A stretch of DNA of 64,000 nucleotides from an uncultured delta proteobacterium (GTDB lineage Bacteria > Desulfobacterota > Binatia > Binatales > Binataceae), in contig CAVRVY010000001.1 of the NCBI GenBank assembly GCA_963724765.1, forward strand, positions 576,001-640,000. The letters are read 5' to 3'. The position numbers were made by a program, and so were the translations under genes. Below, one piece after another: positions 1-11,043 of the stretch; within the stretch, counting starts at the first letter, position 1, and each line of letters opens with the position of its first letter. Below the pieces are notes generated by a model. That model was not told where the DNA came from and searched no databases. It saw nothing but the letters and a program-made list of their open reading frames with translations.

Positions 1-2
1 CC

Positions 3-514
3 ACGAGGATCTTCCTACGATACGCTTATGAACGCAGCATCTTTTTGATTGAAAGCTTGTTGCTTTCAAGTCTCCTTTGGAGAAAAGGTAAGGGACTCGC
101 TCTTGCCGGTATTTTTCCGAACATGAAGGCTGACTTTTGGGACGAACTCTTCAGGAAGTAAACGAATCCGAGAGCTGGATTGACGACGTCAAATTGAAGA
201 TGGAAACGTACCACCTTCGAAATCAATCGGCATGAACTTGGTATTCTGAATGGCTAACTCGACGCGAGATGGACACTGCTTGGTCGGTATTCAGGCTTTT
301 TTCTTAGGTGAACAGATAAGCGCTTCTGGATCTGGAAGAGCAGCATCGAATTGGAAGCAGAAAAGCTTGCGCCTCTTGACGATACAAGGCGTAGGTTCTT
401 CTATGCCAGTTCAGGTGAGATTTCGAAAGGCAATTACTGAAAACCAGAAAGAGACTCAACGATACTTTTCTGGGGATAAGGTTCCCGAAAGGGCGAATTG
501 TTTCCTTTTTCATA
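3..514 (+). pseudogene. Decayed 3' end of a large hypothetical protein (several frameshifts and stops)
   Basis: Stitching frames gives protein-like text (…SWIDDVKLKMETYHLRNQSA*TWYSEWL…AWSVFRLF…DKRFWIWK…RRRFFY…RKAITENQKETQRYF…). No single ORF; family not identified. Confidence 0.3.
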
Positions 515-629
515 ATTGCAGCGCTCTGCACAAGCAAGAGTGACGTTAGTCAGAAACGCGATCAGGTCGAAATCCGCAAGGTCCGAACGATGCCTTCAGG
601 TTTCTTCCCGCAAACGTGATGAAAAGAGT

Positions 630-1292
630 ATGGGTTCCCTCGAAGATTCCGCGGCCCACCTGCCGCTCTGCTTTCACGAATTGACACCTTGGCATCGAAG
701 TTCAATCGCCGCAGTCCGCGAGGCGGGAGGTTTAGAACTCTCCCGGCCCCAAAAGGCCGATCTTGCTGAGGCTTCGGAAATAGAAAAGGCGCTGATTTGT
801 TCCGACAACAAACCAGCAATTGAGTTAGCGTCTGCGTTAAGCAAGCAACCGAAGCACAGCGGCGTCGTGTACCGCGGAGTAGGTCTCGACCCGATCGTAG
901 TTGACGCTTGGGTTAGGGCGCACCCGGTCGGTCTGATGCTGAGCGATCCGACCTTTGTGAGCTGTTCGCTCAAGTTGAACGTTGCCCTCAAATACGGCAG
1001 CACCATGCTGATTCGCATGCGCAGTTGTTCTGGTGTCGAGATCGGGCCGATTTCAACGCGTCCCCAAGACAAGGAGGTTGTGTTCGCACCTGGTGAACAG
1101 TTCATCATCGTCAGACAGGGTCAGCACCGGCTGCGGAAGTCGCCACAGACCATCTGGGTCCTCGACGTCGAAGATGTCTCATGGCCGGCGGGCCCGATTC
1201 CGATATGGCAGGACTATCCATTGCCGGGCAAAGTGCTCAGCGAGGTCTTCTTGCCCGGAGCACGCAGAAGTGCATCGAGCCCGGCAAAGTAG
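630..1292 (+). CDS. R-S-E clade ADP-ribosyltransferase domain protein (VIP2/ART-like)
   Basis: Ordered motifs VYRG, FVSCS, G.EI..IS..PQDKEVVFAPGEQF. ATG at 630 lies within ORF 516..1292. No signal peptide seen. Confidence 0.75.
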   Translation: MGSLEDSAAHLPLCFHELTPWHRSSIAAVREAGGLELSRPQKADLAEASEIEKALICSDNKPAIELASALSKQPKHSGVVYRGVGLDPIVVDAWVRAHPVGLMLSDPTFVSCSLKLNVALKYGSTMLIRMRSCSGVEIGPISTRPQDKEVVFAPGEQFIIVRQGQHRLRKSPQTIWVLDVEDVSWPAGPIPIWQDYPLPGKVLSEVFLPGARRSASSPAK

Positions 1293-1436
1293 CAGCGCGG
1301 CGACGCTGATAACGACACCTCTACCAAAACCCTCGAGTGCGCGTGGACAACCTCCTCAGGGTCGAGCCTGCTGATCGCCCTTCTGTCGAAGACTTCGCAA
1401 TACTTCCCACTCCGCTCGATCGCCTAACGGTCTGCG

Positions 1437-2215
1437 TCAATCGACCGAGTGATTGCTTTCAGATTGGAAGAGAAGTGCCTCGGACAGAGCCTCATCGAGG
1501 TTTTTTGGAAGGCACTCCGTTCGCAGTCTTACCGCATGATCCCGCGACCAGTCTAGAAGACGAACGAGCTGAGGCGACCCGTCGGCATTCGCGAGCTGCG
1601 CCTTAGTTGCTTCGACGAAACGTTCTATTCTCTCCGCTCGTTCGAGAACCTCGATCTTGTCGGCCAGAAATTTCCAGCGACTCTCCTCGAGCTTGCGCCG
1701 TTCCTGTTCTTCCCATCGACGCCGTTCCGCATCTTGCCATTCTCGCTTCCATCTCTCTCGCTCCGCACGTGCCACTTTTTCAGCTGCTGCGTAGGCCACG
1801 GCTCCTGCGAAAAAATCGTTAAGCAGATTCTCTATCCGCTGCTTTCTGCCGTCGGCGCAGATCCTTCGAAGACCAGTGTGATACTTTTCGTCAAGTTGGA
1901 GCACACAATTGCCAGATGGAACGTAGTCCCATTCGGGTTCTGAGGGTCTGTACAGATATTCGTTCGCGCCGCTGCGCGCTTTCTTGCTCCTTTCTTCGCG
2001 AGCGATTTCCTCCGGGGTTCGTTTGTGTGGCTGGCGGTTTTTCCGGCGGCAACTTTCGCCCAATATCCGAGGCCTGGCACAGGCACGTGGTGTCTGATGC
2101 AGATCTTCTTCAGGCCGACGTCTGAAATTCCGAGACCGGCCGCGACTTTCGTCATCGGCTGCGCCCAGACCGATTCATAGAGGGTGTGACGAGTGAGTTT
2201 CGCGCGTTCATTCAT
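1437..2215 (-). pseudogene. Conserved island-associated hypothetical protein (N-terminal HTH-like region, C-terminal coiled coil), internally deleted/frameshifted
   Basis: N-terminus LTRHTLYESVWAQPMTKVAAGLGISDVGLKKICIRHHVPVPGLGYWAK is in one frame (ATG 2215). The C-terminal half (…WDYVPSG…RIENLLNDFF…charged helix) is in another; junction ~2030-2040. Confidence 0.65.
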
Positions 2216-2344
2216 ATCGATTTCCTGTGTTCTGCTTTCGTCCCGAGCCTGCCATTGCGGTTGGCGCACTCTTCGAACTCGTTCGCTGAACAGATCTGAT
2301 CGCTCGCTGTCGTCTGGCTTCTCTTCCGATAGTCCAACCGACGG

Positions 2345-2870
2345 TTGTCGCACCACGGTCGTAACCTCGCCTCGGCATCATCTTTGCGCCGCCGGTCTCC
2401 GCTGAGCATGCTGCTGATCGCGGTCATATCCTGGTCGACGATCGCCGTTATCCCGGTTGGCAGCGAGGTAGTCAGAGGAAGAATCCGTCTCGGCAGCCAT
2501 TTGGCCAATTCTTTGTTAAACACGCGCTTGAGAAGCGCTCCGAAGATAAGAATTGCCTGCTGAGCGTGGGCGTATAAGAGACCTTCAGTGATTTCCACCA
2601 GATCGTGAGCCGCAGCGTCTCGGAAACCATTCAGATTCTTCAGCGAAACAGTTTCGTTCTCGTCCAGTACGTTGATCTGGGTCTGACAAATCGCCAAACA
2701 CTTCTCAAATCCATAGTTGTATTTTTCTCGTTTCGCGCGTATTCGGCCTTCTCGAACACCACGGTCTTCAACAGCATTTCTAAGACCTGATTCATCATTA
2801 GCAACACGCCCTCAGGTCGGCCGATATCTGACGGGCGGTTGAAGACCTCGACACCGACAATTAAAGACTC
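2345..2870 (-). pseudogene. DUF3644-like HEPN-fold protein, frameshifted and truncated
   Basis: SLIVGVEVFNRPSDIGRPEGVLLMMNQVLEMLLK, then a frameshift near 2750, then YNYGFEKCLAIC…NGFRDAAAHDL containing the RxxxxH HEPN motif. Confidence 0.6.
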
Positions 2871-3305
2871 TCGCGTACGGTCAAATACCGCTGCACGAGA
2901 CTCGGGTCGCTGCTCTTTTGCGTTTCACCAGGACAGTCCCGCGCCCTCAAAGCGCAGTACCTCGCATACAGTATCGCCGCTTCTGTGGTTCGTCAAAAAC
3001 TGGTTCGCCGGGATTAGCTCGGGGGTCGATCGCCAACCGGATGGCATGGGTTCGCGGCGAATATCGCGATGCTCTGGCTTTCAAGAAGCGGTCCCCACTC
3101 TCCGGACCTTGTGCGAAAAACGTCCGACCAATGTAATGGAGACACAACGGGACGTGCTAGCATTTCATTGACATGAAGCCTCCGGCCGATTCTAGTCTGC
3201 GGTTGCGTCGGGCTTCAAAATCGGGCGAGTTCCGTCCCTGCAAAAAGAGAGGGCGCGGGTGAAGTCCGTTTTCATTAATTACTTTCTACGGCGAGGGTTG
3301 TGGTG

Positions 3306-4241
3306 ATGGGCAAAGCATCCAAGATCGCTCTAGATGAGCGCATCAAGCGTCACTTGGCCGCCGGGCACGTTATGTCCCACATGATATTTCCGGACAGAGC
3401 CGAACTATGCAATGCGGCCGAAATTATCTTCCGAGTCAAGTTCGCGGACTGGTGGTCTGAGCAGTTCATCACTCGGCTCGGTAAGGAAGAGATCAGGCGG
3501 CTTCTGCTGGATGCGGGCTCCCAATTGCCTCAGGAACTTCCTCGACCACTTGCTGATCCTTGCGCGTGGACGAAAAGCAGAGTGTTCGAGCACTATCTCG
3601 ATCCGTTTGGCGGCGTGATTAGTGCCACGATTGCACTGAAGGACTCACCTTCCGAGCATACGCTGGAACAGGAATGGATGCGGCGCTGGTTTGCCGTAGT
3701 ATGCACAGGGAGATTGCTACTGTTAATCGGCTCAATCAATCAGCACACTCACTCTGGAGCGAGCTTGAATAAGGCGATCTACGTGCTACGCGAAACAGAT
3801 GGTAACAATACGGATGTGAAGGCGGTTCTCAAGGAATTCAAGTATCCAGCCATCAATGATTCCAGTCTGAAAAATTCCTGGCGGACATTCAAGCCGGTCG
3901 CACATCTCTGTGCCGCTTACCTAGCCAGCGAGCTTTTGCTTCGGAAAGAAATGCTTTTCCGGACTGTCTTCCAAGACTTCGGAAAGTTTCGTAAGAAGCC
4001 GCCGGTACTGTTTCAGCCCGATGTCTTTCTCTGGTTCTGCACGGTCGCCGCATGTGTCGAGGATTTTGTTACGTCATTCCGGCCGCATGGCCAACAACAA
4101 GCTCTGATTTCAAAAGAAGAGATCTACTCGCTCGACAACTTCTTCCGTACCGACTTGACGTTGCGCCTATCTTTTCCTCCACTTCTCGAAGAAGAAATCG
4201 CAGCTCTAGAAGGGTACAGAGCTCCAAAAACGTTCATATGA
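3306..4241 (+). CDS. Hypothetical protein of recombinase/methyltransferase island
   Basis: ~311-aa ORF with coding-like composition, directly upstream of the ParB-MTase gene. Confidence 0.7.
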   Translation: MGKASKIALDERIKRHLAAGHVMSHMIFPDRAELCNAAEIIFRVKFADWWSEQFITRLGKEEIRRLLLDAGSQLPQELPRPLADPCAWTKSRVFEHYLDPFGGVISATIALKDSPSEHTLEQEWMRRWFAVVCTGRLLLLIGSINQHTHSGASLNKAIYVLRETDGNNTDVKAVLKEFKYPAINDSSLKNSWRTFKPVAHLCAAYLASELLLRKEMLFRTVFQDFGKFRKKPPVLFQPDVFLWFCTVAACVEDFVTSFRPHGQQQALISKEEIYSLDNFFRTDLTLRLSFPPLLEEEIAALEGYRAPKTFI

Positions 4242-4358
4242 ACGATTCAGCCCACGACTAGGTTTTTCTCCGAAAGACTAGTCCTTGCTGCGTTGACCCA
4301 ATGGTCCTGTAGCGTAGGTCTGTCATACCGTTCTGATGACCTATCGAGGAGAGGAACA

Positions 4359-5612
4359 GTGGCAGTAGAATTATTAGGACCCCAGCTTAGTAGCGAGAAC
4401 GGTCAGGCCGAGGGCTTGAAGACGGACCCTGTCAAAACTGCAAGTTGCCTGCAGTTTCGGGATCGCATCCGCGAACTGCGCCGGGTTAGGGCCCGGGATC
4501 TGATTCCGAATCCCAAGAATTGGCGCCGACATCCGAAGGCGCAGGCGAATGCGCTGCGCGGACTTCTCGAGGGAATCGGCTTTGCCGATGCCTTGCTCGC
4601 TCGGGAGTTGCCGGGCGGGAAACTGATGCTCATCGATGGTCACTTACGCGCCGAAACTACGCCGGAAGTCGAAGTTCCGGTGCTGATTCTGGATCTCGAC
4701 GACGCGGAGGCGGACAAGCTATTGCTGACTCTCGATCCGCTCGCGTCGCTGGCCGAGTCGGACTCTGAGCGAATCAGCTCACTCGTTCAAACCGTGAGGA
4801 CCGACAACCAGGCGGTTGAAGAACTGTTGCGACGCACAGCGGGCGAGCGGTTGTGGAACCTGATCCATCCACAGGCTAAGCCGCCGGCGCAGATCGACCA
4901 AGCGGGCGAGCTACGGCGCAAGTGGGGAACCGCAACGGGTCAACTCTGGCGGGTCGGCAAGCATCGCCTGCTCTGTGGCGATGCAACCAAAGCCGAGGAC
5001 GTCGCGCAGCTAATGGGCAACGAGCGCGCGGTCTTGTTCGCGACCGACCCGCCGTATGCGGTTGGATATACGGGCGGATCGCACCCTCAGAGCTGGGGCA
5101 ACCGCGGTGCTGCGAACCGGAATAAAGATTGGTCCGGCCAATATGTCGAAGCGAAAAGCGCCGACGTCAGTAATAGCGAAGAGATTGGCGTCGAGCTGTA
5201 TCGCGGGTTCATCAAGATGGCGCTTGAGTTCGCGATCGTTCGAAATGCCGCTTGGTACCTATGGCACGCCAGCAAGCGCCATTCGATGGTCGAGAAAATC
5301 TGGGGTGAGTTCGGAGCATTCGTCCACCAACAAATCATATGGGTCAAAAGTCGACCGGTCCTGACGTATTCGACCTACTTGTGGAGGCATGAGCCGTGCC
5401 TATTCGGTTGGGTCAAGGGAGAGAAACCCAAGACCCATAGATCGCAAGTCGGTGCGGCTGCGGATGAGTTTCCGACGACCGTTTGGGAGGTCCCGAGTTC
5501 CGAAGTCGAAACCGACGCTCATCCGACCTCGAAGCCGTGTCGACTTTTCTCCCTTCCGATGGAGCTGCACACGGAACCCGGCGACATTTCTTATGAGCCG
5601 TTCTCGGGCAGT
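4359..5612 (+). pseudogene. ParB-like N-terminal domain + N4/N6 DNA methyltransferase (beta class), truncated by IS21
   Basis: PNPKNWRRHP…LIDGHLR (ParB-like), HRLLCGD, TDPPY, HPTSKP, YEPFSGS. The frame runs into the IS21 end at 5613 within the FxGxG motif. GTG start follows a GAGGA RBS. Confidence 0.85.
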
Positions 5613-5776
5613 TGTCAACACCGGAGTGAAAGTACATCAGCGCGCCAGAGCAAAAGTCCATCATTTGGATAAGCCGATGGCAGGTAGGTTGACGTCTGGC
5701 AGGGGGAGCGCGAGGGGGATCACCCCCTCGCTACTGTGTCGAAAAGATCTAGCTTTGTGGGTTGGAGTTAGTGGTG

Positions 5777-6553
5777 TTAGCCGGATTCTCGCGGTTGATC
5801 GTCACTGATGCGGCGCTTGCTGTGTTTGAGCCTGAAGCTGTCACCGTTCATCTCGAGGATGTGAACGTGGTGGGTAAGACGATCAAGCAGTGCGCCGGTT
5901 AAGCGCTCGGAGCCGAACACGCTGGTCCACTCATCGAACGGCAGATTGCTGGTAACGATGATCGAGCCGCGCTCGTAGCGCTGGCTGAAGACTTCGAACA
6001 GTAACTCTGCACCAGTTGGGGAGAGCGGGACGTAGCCGAGTTCATCCACGATCAGAAGCTTGTAGCCGGCGAGTTGACGTTGGAGGCGCAGCAGACGCTT
6101 CTCATCATGCGCTTCATGCAGCTCGTTGACCAAAGCGGCAGCGGTGGTGAAGCCGACCGCGAGACCCTTCTGGCAGGCGGCCAGACCTAGCCCGAGAGCC
6201 ACATGAGTCTTGCCGGTGCCACTGTTGCCGACCGCGATGATGTTCTCGCGGCGCGCGATATACTCCGAGCGGGCCAGTTCCAGCACTAGCGTCTTGTTGA
6301 GCGAGGGGAGCGCTGCGAATTCGAAGCTATCGAGACTTTTGACCGCCGGGAACCTGGCTTCCTTGATTCGCCGCTCGATGGTCCGGCGTTCCCGTTCGAT
6401 CATCTCCAGCTCGGCCAGGCGCAACAGGTAGCGAGGATAGTCGACATCCTCGCCGGCGCATTGGCGCGCCAACTTGTCATACTCGCGCAAAAAGGTGGGC
6501 AATCTGAGTGTTTTCAAGTAATGGGTGAGCAGAACCTGGGGCGTATCGCTCAT
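5777..6553 (-). CDS. istB: IS21 helper ATPase IstB
   Basis: Walker A GNSGTGKT, LLIVDELGY, TSNLPFDEW, LLDRLTHH; overlaps the istA stop (ATGA). Confidence 0.95.
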   Translation of the reverse strand: MSDTPQVLLTHYLKTLRLPTFLREYDKLARQCAGEDVDYPRYLLRLAELEMIERERRTIERRIKEARFPAVKSLDSFEFAALPSLNKTLVLELARSEYIARRENIIAVGNSGTGKTHVALGLGLAACQKGLAVGFTTAAALVNELHEAHDEKRLLRLQRQLAGYKLLIVDELGYVPLSPTGAELLFEVFSQRYERGSIIVTSNLPFDEWTSVFGSERLTGALLDRLTHHVHILEMNGDSFRLKHSKRRISDDQPRESG

Positions 6554-8049
6554 GAACCTGCTCCCGCCATCAGGCTCAGGTAGGATCGGGCCGAGGTGGT
6601 GCTCACAGTCGCCTGTGGCAGATAGGGATAGATCTTCAGGTCGAGTCGCGGTGGGCGCCGTTCGATGCGGCACAGCACGAGATGCTTGACCGCGTCGAAG
6701 CTAATCACTCCGCGATCGATCGCTTCTCGAACTCCTGCGACCACGTCTTCGAGACCGAACACCTCGAGCAAGCGCAGGACCTGAACGAACTCCCGCTTAC
6801 CGGGCTTGCGCAGGCGCGCTTCGAGCAGCCGGCGCAGCGTTGCGAACTCTTCAGGTAGTTCCCAGCCGACCAGCGGCGCGGCCTGGTCCAGCGCGCCGAT
6901 CTTCCGCTCCAGCAGGGCCAGGTAGTGCAGTGGGTTGAACACGAAGTCCTCGCGCTCGTAGGAACGAGCGTGCCGGGCGATCTCCTCGGTTGCACAGGCG
7001 ATCACAACTTCGTGGACGTAACCTCGGACCAGCACCTCGCGGTGACCGTATGCGCTTGGCACTGAGTAGTCGTTGCCGCGGTAGCGCACCAGCGACAACG
7101 AGCTGACCCAGGCGGGCCTCTTTTCGCACGCATCATAGGGTGCGGGCGGCAGCGGCAGGAGAGCCTCACGGTCCTTCACCAGCCGCTCGCCGATGGTGTC
7201 ATCATGACCACGTAGCCGATCCTTCAAACGACGGCGGCAGCACTCCAGCAACTGCTCATTTAGCTCAGCGAAGCTGAGTGCGCGCGGGATCGGCACCATG
7301 AAGTTGCGCCGCGCATAGCCGACCAACCCCTCGACCTTGCCCTTATCGTTACCCTTGCCCGGCCGCCCGAAGCGATCGGCGAACAGAGAGTGGGACTGCA
7401 GCTCACTGAAGACCTTGGTGCGCTTACGGGTGCCATCTCCGAGTATGCGCGCCACCGCCAGCTTGGTGTTGTCGTAGAGGATCGAACGCGGCACTCCGCC
7501 AAAGAACTCGAAGCTGACGTTGTGACCTTCGCAGAAGGCCTCGGTGCTCTCCGCCGGATAGGCCTGCACCAAACAAGCATCGCTGTGCGGCAAGTCCATC
7601 GCGAAGAAGTGGATCTTGCACTCCTCACCTGCGATTACCGCGAGCGCTTCACCGAAGTCGACTTGCGCGTGTCCAGGATCATGGTGCAGTGGCACGAACA
7701 TCTCGCGCAGCCGCTGGCGATGCTCGTGTACGTAAGCCCTTACGATCGAGATCCCGCCGTCATACCCATGCTCATCGCGCAGCCGCTCGAAAATCCGTTT
7801 CGCCGTGTGCTGCTGCTTGGCTGGGCGTAACTTATCTTCTTCCAAGATCCGGTCGATAATCCCGACAAACGGATCCAGCTTGGGCCGCGCCGGCGGCCGG
7901 CTCCGTCGATAACCAGGCGGCACCGAGAACGCCAGCATCTTCGCCACCGTCCGCGGGTCGATCCCAAAGCGCCGTGCTGCTTCCCGCCGACTCAGCCCCT
8001 CCACGTAAACCGCTCGTCGAACCTGCGCGTATAGTTCCACCCGCTTCAT
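6550..8049 (-). CDS. istA: IS21 DDE transposase IstA
   Basis: N-terminal HTH, AQVDFG, LYDNTK, KGKVEGLVG. Confidence 0.95.
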   Translation of the reverse strand: MKRVELYAQVRRAVYVEGLSRREAARRFGIDPRTVAKMLAFSVPPGYRRSRPPARPKLDPFVGIIDRILEEDKLRPAKQQHTAKRIFERLRDEHGYDGGISIVRAYVHEHRQRLREMFVPLHHDPGHAQVDFGEALAVIAGEECKIHFFAMDLPHSDACLVQAYPAESTEAFCEGHNVSFEFFGGVPRSILYDNTKLAVARILGDGTRKRTKVFSELQSHSLFADRFGRPGKGNDKGKVEGLVGYARRNFMVPIPRALSFAELNEQLLECCRRRLKDRLRGHDDTIGERLVKDREALLPLPPAPYDACEKRPAWVSSLSLVRYRGNDYSVPSAYGHREVLVRGYVHEVVIACATEEIARHARSYEREDFVFNPLHYLALLERKIGALDQAAPLVGWELPEEFATLRRLLEARLRKPGKREFVQVLRLLEVFGLEDVVAGVREAIDRGVISFDAVKHLVLCRIERRPPRLDLKIYPYLPQATVSTTSARSYLSLMAGAGS

Positions 8050-8168
8050 CCCTCCGCCCACCTCTGCCGTTCCACGGCAAATGGGCTATTGCTGCCGGAT
8101 TTTTACTCCGGTGCAACCGGTCTATCCGGCTGCTTCAGTGAGGGATTTTCTCTCTGGCGCTCTCACCT

Positions 8169-9830
8169 ATGAGACGGTGCGCAATCTATACCCGCAAATC
8201 GTCAGAAGAAGGACTGGAACAGGACTATAACTCTCTGCATGCGCAGCGTGAGGCATGTGAGGCATTTATCAGGAGCCAAGCCGGCGAGGGCTGGCGGCTC
8301 GTTAAGGCCGCGTATGACGATGGTGGATATTCGGGCGGCACCATGGAGCGACCGGCGTTGAAGCAGCTGCTGGCGGATATTCGTGAGGGCACGATCGACG
8401 TTGTAGTCGTGTACAAAGTTGACAGGCTCACCCGATCGCTCGCAGATTTCGCGCGAATAGTCGAGCTGTTCGACGCCCGCGGCGTGTCATTCGTGGCGGT
8501 CACCCAGCAGTTCAACACAACCACCTCGATGGGCCGGCTGACCCTCAACGTACTGCTCTCGTTCGCGCAATTCGAGCGCGAGGTCATTGGCGAGCGGATC
8601 CGCGACAAAGTCGCCGCATCCAAGCGCAAGGGGATGTGGATGGGAGGTCTAGCGCCGTTGGGTTACGAAGTCCGCGACCGCCACCTGGTCGTCAATCTGG
8701 ACGAAGCCCAGAAGATAAAGTACATCTTCGATCGCTACCTCGAACTAGGTACTGTCCGAGAACTGAAGCAGGACCTCGCGACGCAAGGGCTTGTGCCCGC
8801 GAGCAGGGTGTCCAAATCAGGGAACGCCCGTGGTGGCACCGCATTTTCACGCGGCGCGCTCTATCATCTGCTTTCGAGCCCTATCTATGTCGGAGACATT
8901 CCGCACAAGAAGGAACGCTTTCCTGGGCAGCACGAAGCCCTGATCAGCCGCGAGGTGTGGGACCGAGTTCAACAGTTACTGCGTAGCAAAACGCGGCGGC
9001 AGCACCAAAGCTGTCAGACTGACGCACCGCAGAGCCCGCTCACCGGCAAGCTTTTTGACGAAAGCGGTGAGCCCTTGTATGTGCAGGGAGCAGCTAAGGG
9101 CAAGCGACGCTATCGATATTATGTCTCCAAAAGTCTGGTTAGAGGCGATTCTGATGCTCCCGAAAAAGGATGGCGAATATCCGCTCCCGAGATCGAGCAA
9201 ACCGTCACCGCTGCAGCGGTGGCAATGCTCGCTGACGAATCGGCGGTTACCCTCGCGCTTGAAGAGGCGGGGACGAATTCAGATCGTCTGTCCTGTGCCC
9301 TGAAGTCGTCTCAGAGTTGGCTTGAACGCCTCCAGTCCGCGAACGAATCAGTGTCTGCGCTGGTTGAATTGGTGACTCGTGTCGACATCAGCCCGCAGGG
9401 TATGCGGCTTTTGCTCGAGCTGCCGTTTCCGACCACCGAAGCAGATGAAAAATGCCGAGATCGGATTTCTCTCTGCAGGATGTTTCCGGTGGAGATGAAA
9501 CGCCGCGGTATCGAGATGCGCTTGGTGCTCGAGGGCAATTGCAAGACCAGCAGATTCGACCGTCCGCTAATTAAGGCCATCGCTCGCGCCCACCGATGGT
9601 CCAAGCAACTGCTCTCCAAAGAGACACCTTCGATCCGCGCAATAGCACGGCAGGAGCGGATCGCGCCGCGCTACGTGCGGGACGTCCTCCCGCTAGGATT
9701 CTTGTCACCGAGGATCGTTGAGGCGATCTTGGAAGGGCGCCAGCCCCCCTGATTTAACCGTAATCGGACTCACACGTCGAATTGACCTCCCGCTTCTATG
9801 GAGCGTGCAGGAGCGGGCACTTGGTCTTCG
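8169..9830 (+). CDS. Large serine recombinase; C-terminal tail shifted by one extra C
   Basis: AIYTRKSS catalytic Ser motif, DRLTRS, FAQFERE, recombinase domain HEALIS. The ORF stops at 9752 after a C-run; the expected tail PDLTVIGLTRRIDLPLLWSVQERALGL continues in another frame. End coordinate approximate. Confidence 0.9.
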
Positions 9831-10222
9831 CGATTCGACCCGGCTAGTCAACTCAGAATCTGTCGATGGGTCCGGAGATGGGCCAGTGGAATCCCGGTCT
9901 AAGAGAGCTTGTGAAACACCGAACGCCTTCGTTCTCGACGCACGTGTCTGTGGTGACCCATCTCACGGTCGCGCCGGAAAGACGCGGACGGATTCAACCT
10001 CGCTTACATGATCACGCCGGGAAGCTTCAAGGATTTCAGACGGCGCTGACGAATCGCCTCGGCCATTGCACTCGCGGCTGAGCTTGAGAGCTTGGATAGA
10101 GGCGAACTCATTGCGTCTCTTCGCCGAAAAATTCGGCGCCCAGCCCTTCCCAAGTCGTGGCTATGTTCACCGACCGCTGTACTACGGCCTACCAAGAGCA
10201 GCCCCGCCTGAACTGAACCGGC

Positions 10223-10762
10223 CTAGCGCGGGCGGCCCAGTTCTTCAAGCTCGCGCAGCGCGCGCTGCAGGATCTCGCGCACCCGCTCTATGCGCCGTTC
10301 GCTCGCGCGTTCACCCGCCACGGCGCGGAACGCCGCCTTGACCAGCCGTTCCGCCGGGCCTCTGATCTCGGACGCATCAGGATCGAAAGCGCTGCGCCAG
10401 TCCTCCCATCGCCGGGCGCGCCGCCAGATCTCCCGGACGACCTCATCGCGCTCTTCAAGTTCCCGCCGCCCCTCGTCAGTCAGCCGGTAGACCTTCTTGC
10501 CTTCACGCAATTCGGAAGCGATCAGACCTTCGTCCTCGAGCTGCTGCAGCGTCGGATACACGGTGCCCGCACTGGCCCGGTAGACGCCGCCCGAGCGCTC
10601 CTCGAGTTGCTTCATCAGCTCGTAGCCGTGCACCGTCGCCTCCGTCAGCAAAGACAGTAGCGCGAGCCTGACCTCGCCGGGACCAAAAAACCTGCCCGAT
10701 CGGGTCATCATCCCGAAGCCATGCCAGCCCGGGCGAGCAAAACGCGAGTATCCGCAACTCAT
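10223..10762 (-). CDS. PadR family transcriptional regulator
   Basis: GEVRLALLSLL…HGYELMKQLEERSGGVYRASAGTVYPTLQQLEDEGLI…KKVYRLTDEG; ATG 10762. Confidence 0.9.
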   Translation of the reverse strand: MSCGYSRFARPGWHGFGMMTRSGRFFGPGEVRLALLSLLTEATVHGYELMKQLEERSGGVYRASAGTVYPTLQQLEDEGLIASELREGKKVYRLTDEGRRELEERDEVVREIWRRARRWEDWRSAFDPDASEIRGPAERLVKAAFRAVAGERASERRIERVREILQRALRELEELGRPR

Positions 10763-10787
10763 CACGCTGAGTCTCTCCAAATCTTCA

Positions 10788-10815
10788 ATCTGATATATCG
10801 TACGATATATCAGAT
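10788..10815. promoter_or_regulatory. Perfect 28-bp palindrome, probable PadR operator
   Basis: ATCTGATATATCGTACGATATATCAGAT, 26 bp upstream of the padR start. Confidence 0.7.
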
Positions 10816-11043
10816 GTTGGTCCACATGGCAAGCGTATTCGTGGCGATCGACGGCCAACAGACGCCTGCCGGTTCGGGCCCTTACTGGGCTTACTAAATG
10901 TGTGGTCCTTGACCCTGTTGATACCCCCGCGCACCAAACTATAAAAGGACCCGTAAGTAACATTTCGAAGGATCGGGACAGGGAGCTGATGTCCAGGAAG
11001 GTCGCATCGGGAAATGCAATGAGGTAAGCAGGAGGTGGGTCGC

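Larger units (their letters stand above)
5613..8165 (-). mobile_element. IS21 family insertion sequence
   Basis: TG…CA ends with imperfect IRs (TGTCAACACCGGAGTGAAAGTACATCA vs TGAGAGCGCCAGAGAGAAAATCCCTCA) and subterminal repeats; contains istA-istB. No target duplication. Confidence 0.92.

Noticed and set aside
9900-10200. Possible transposase scrap downstream of the recombinase
   Set aside because: Too degenerate to assign by eye.
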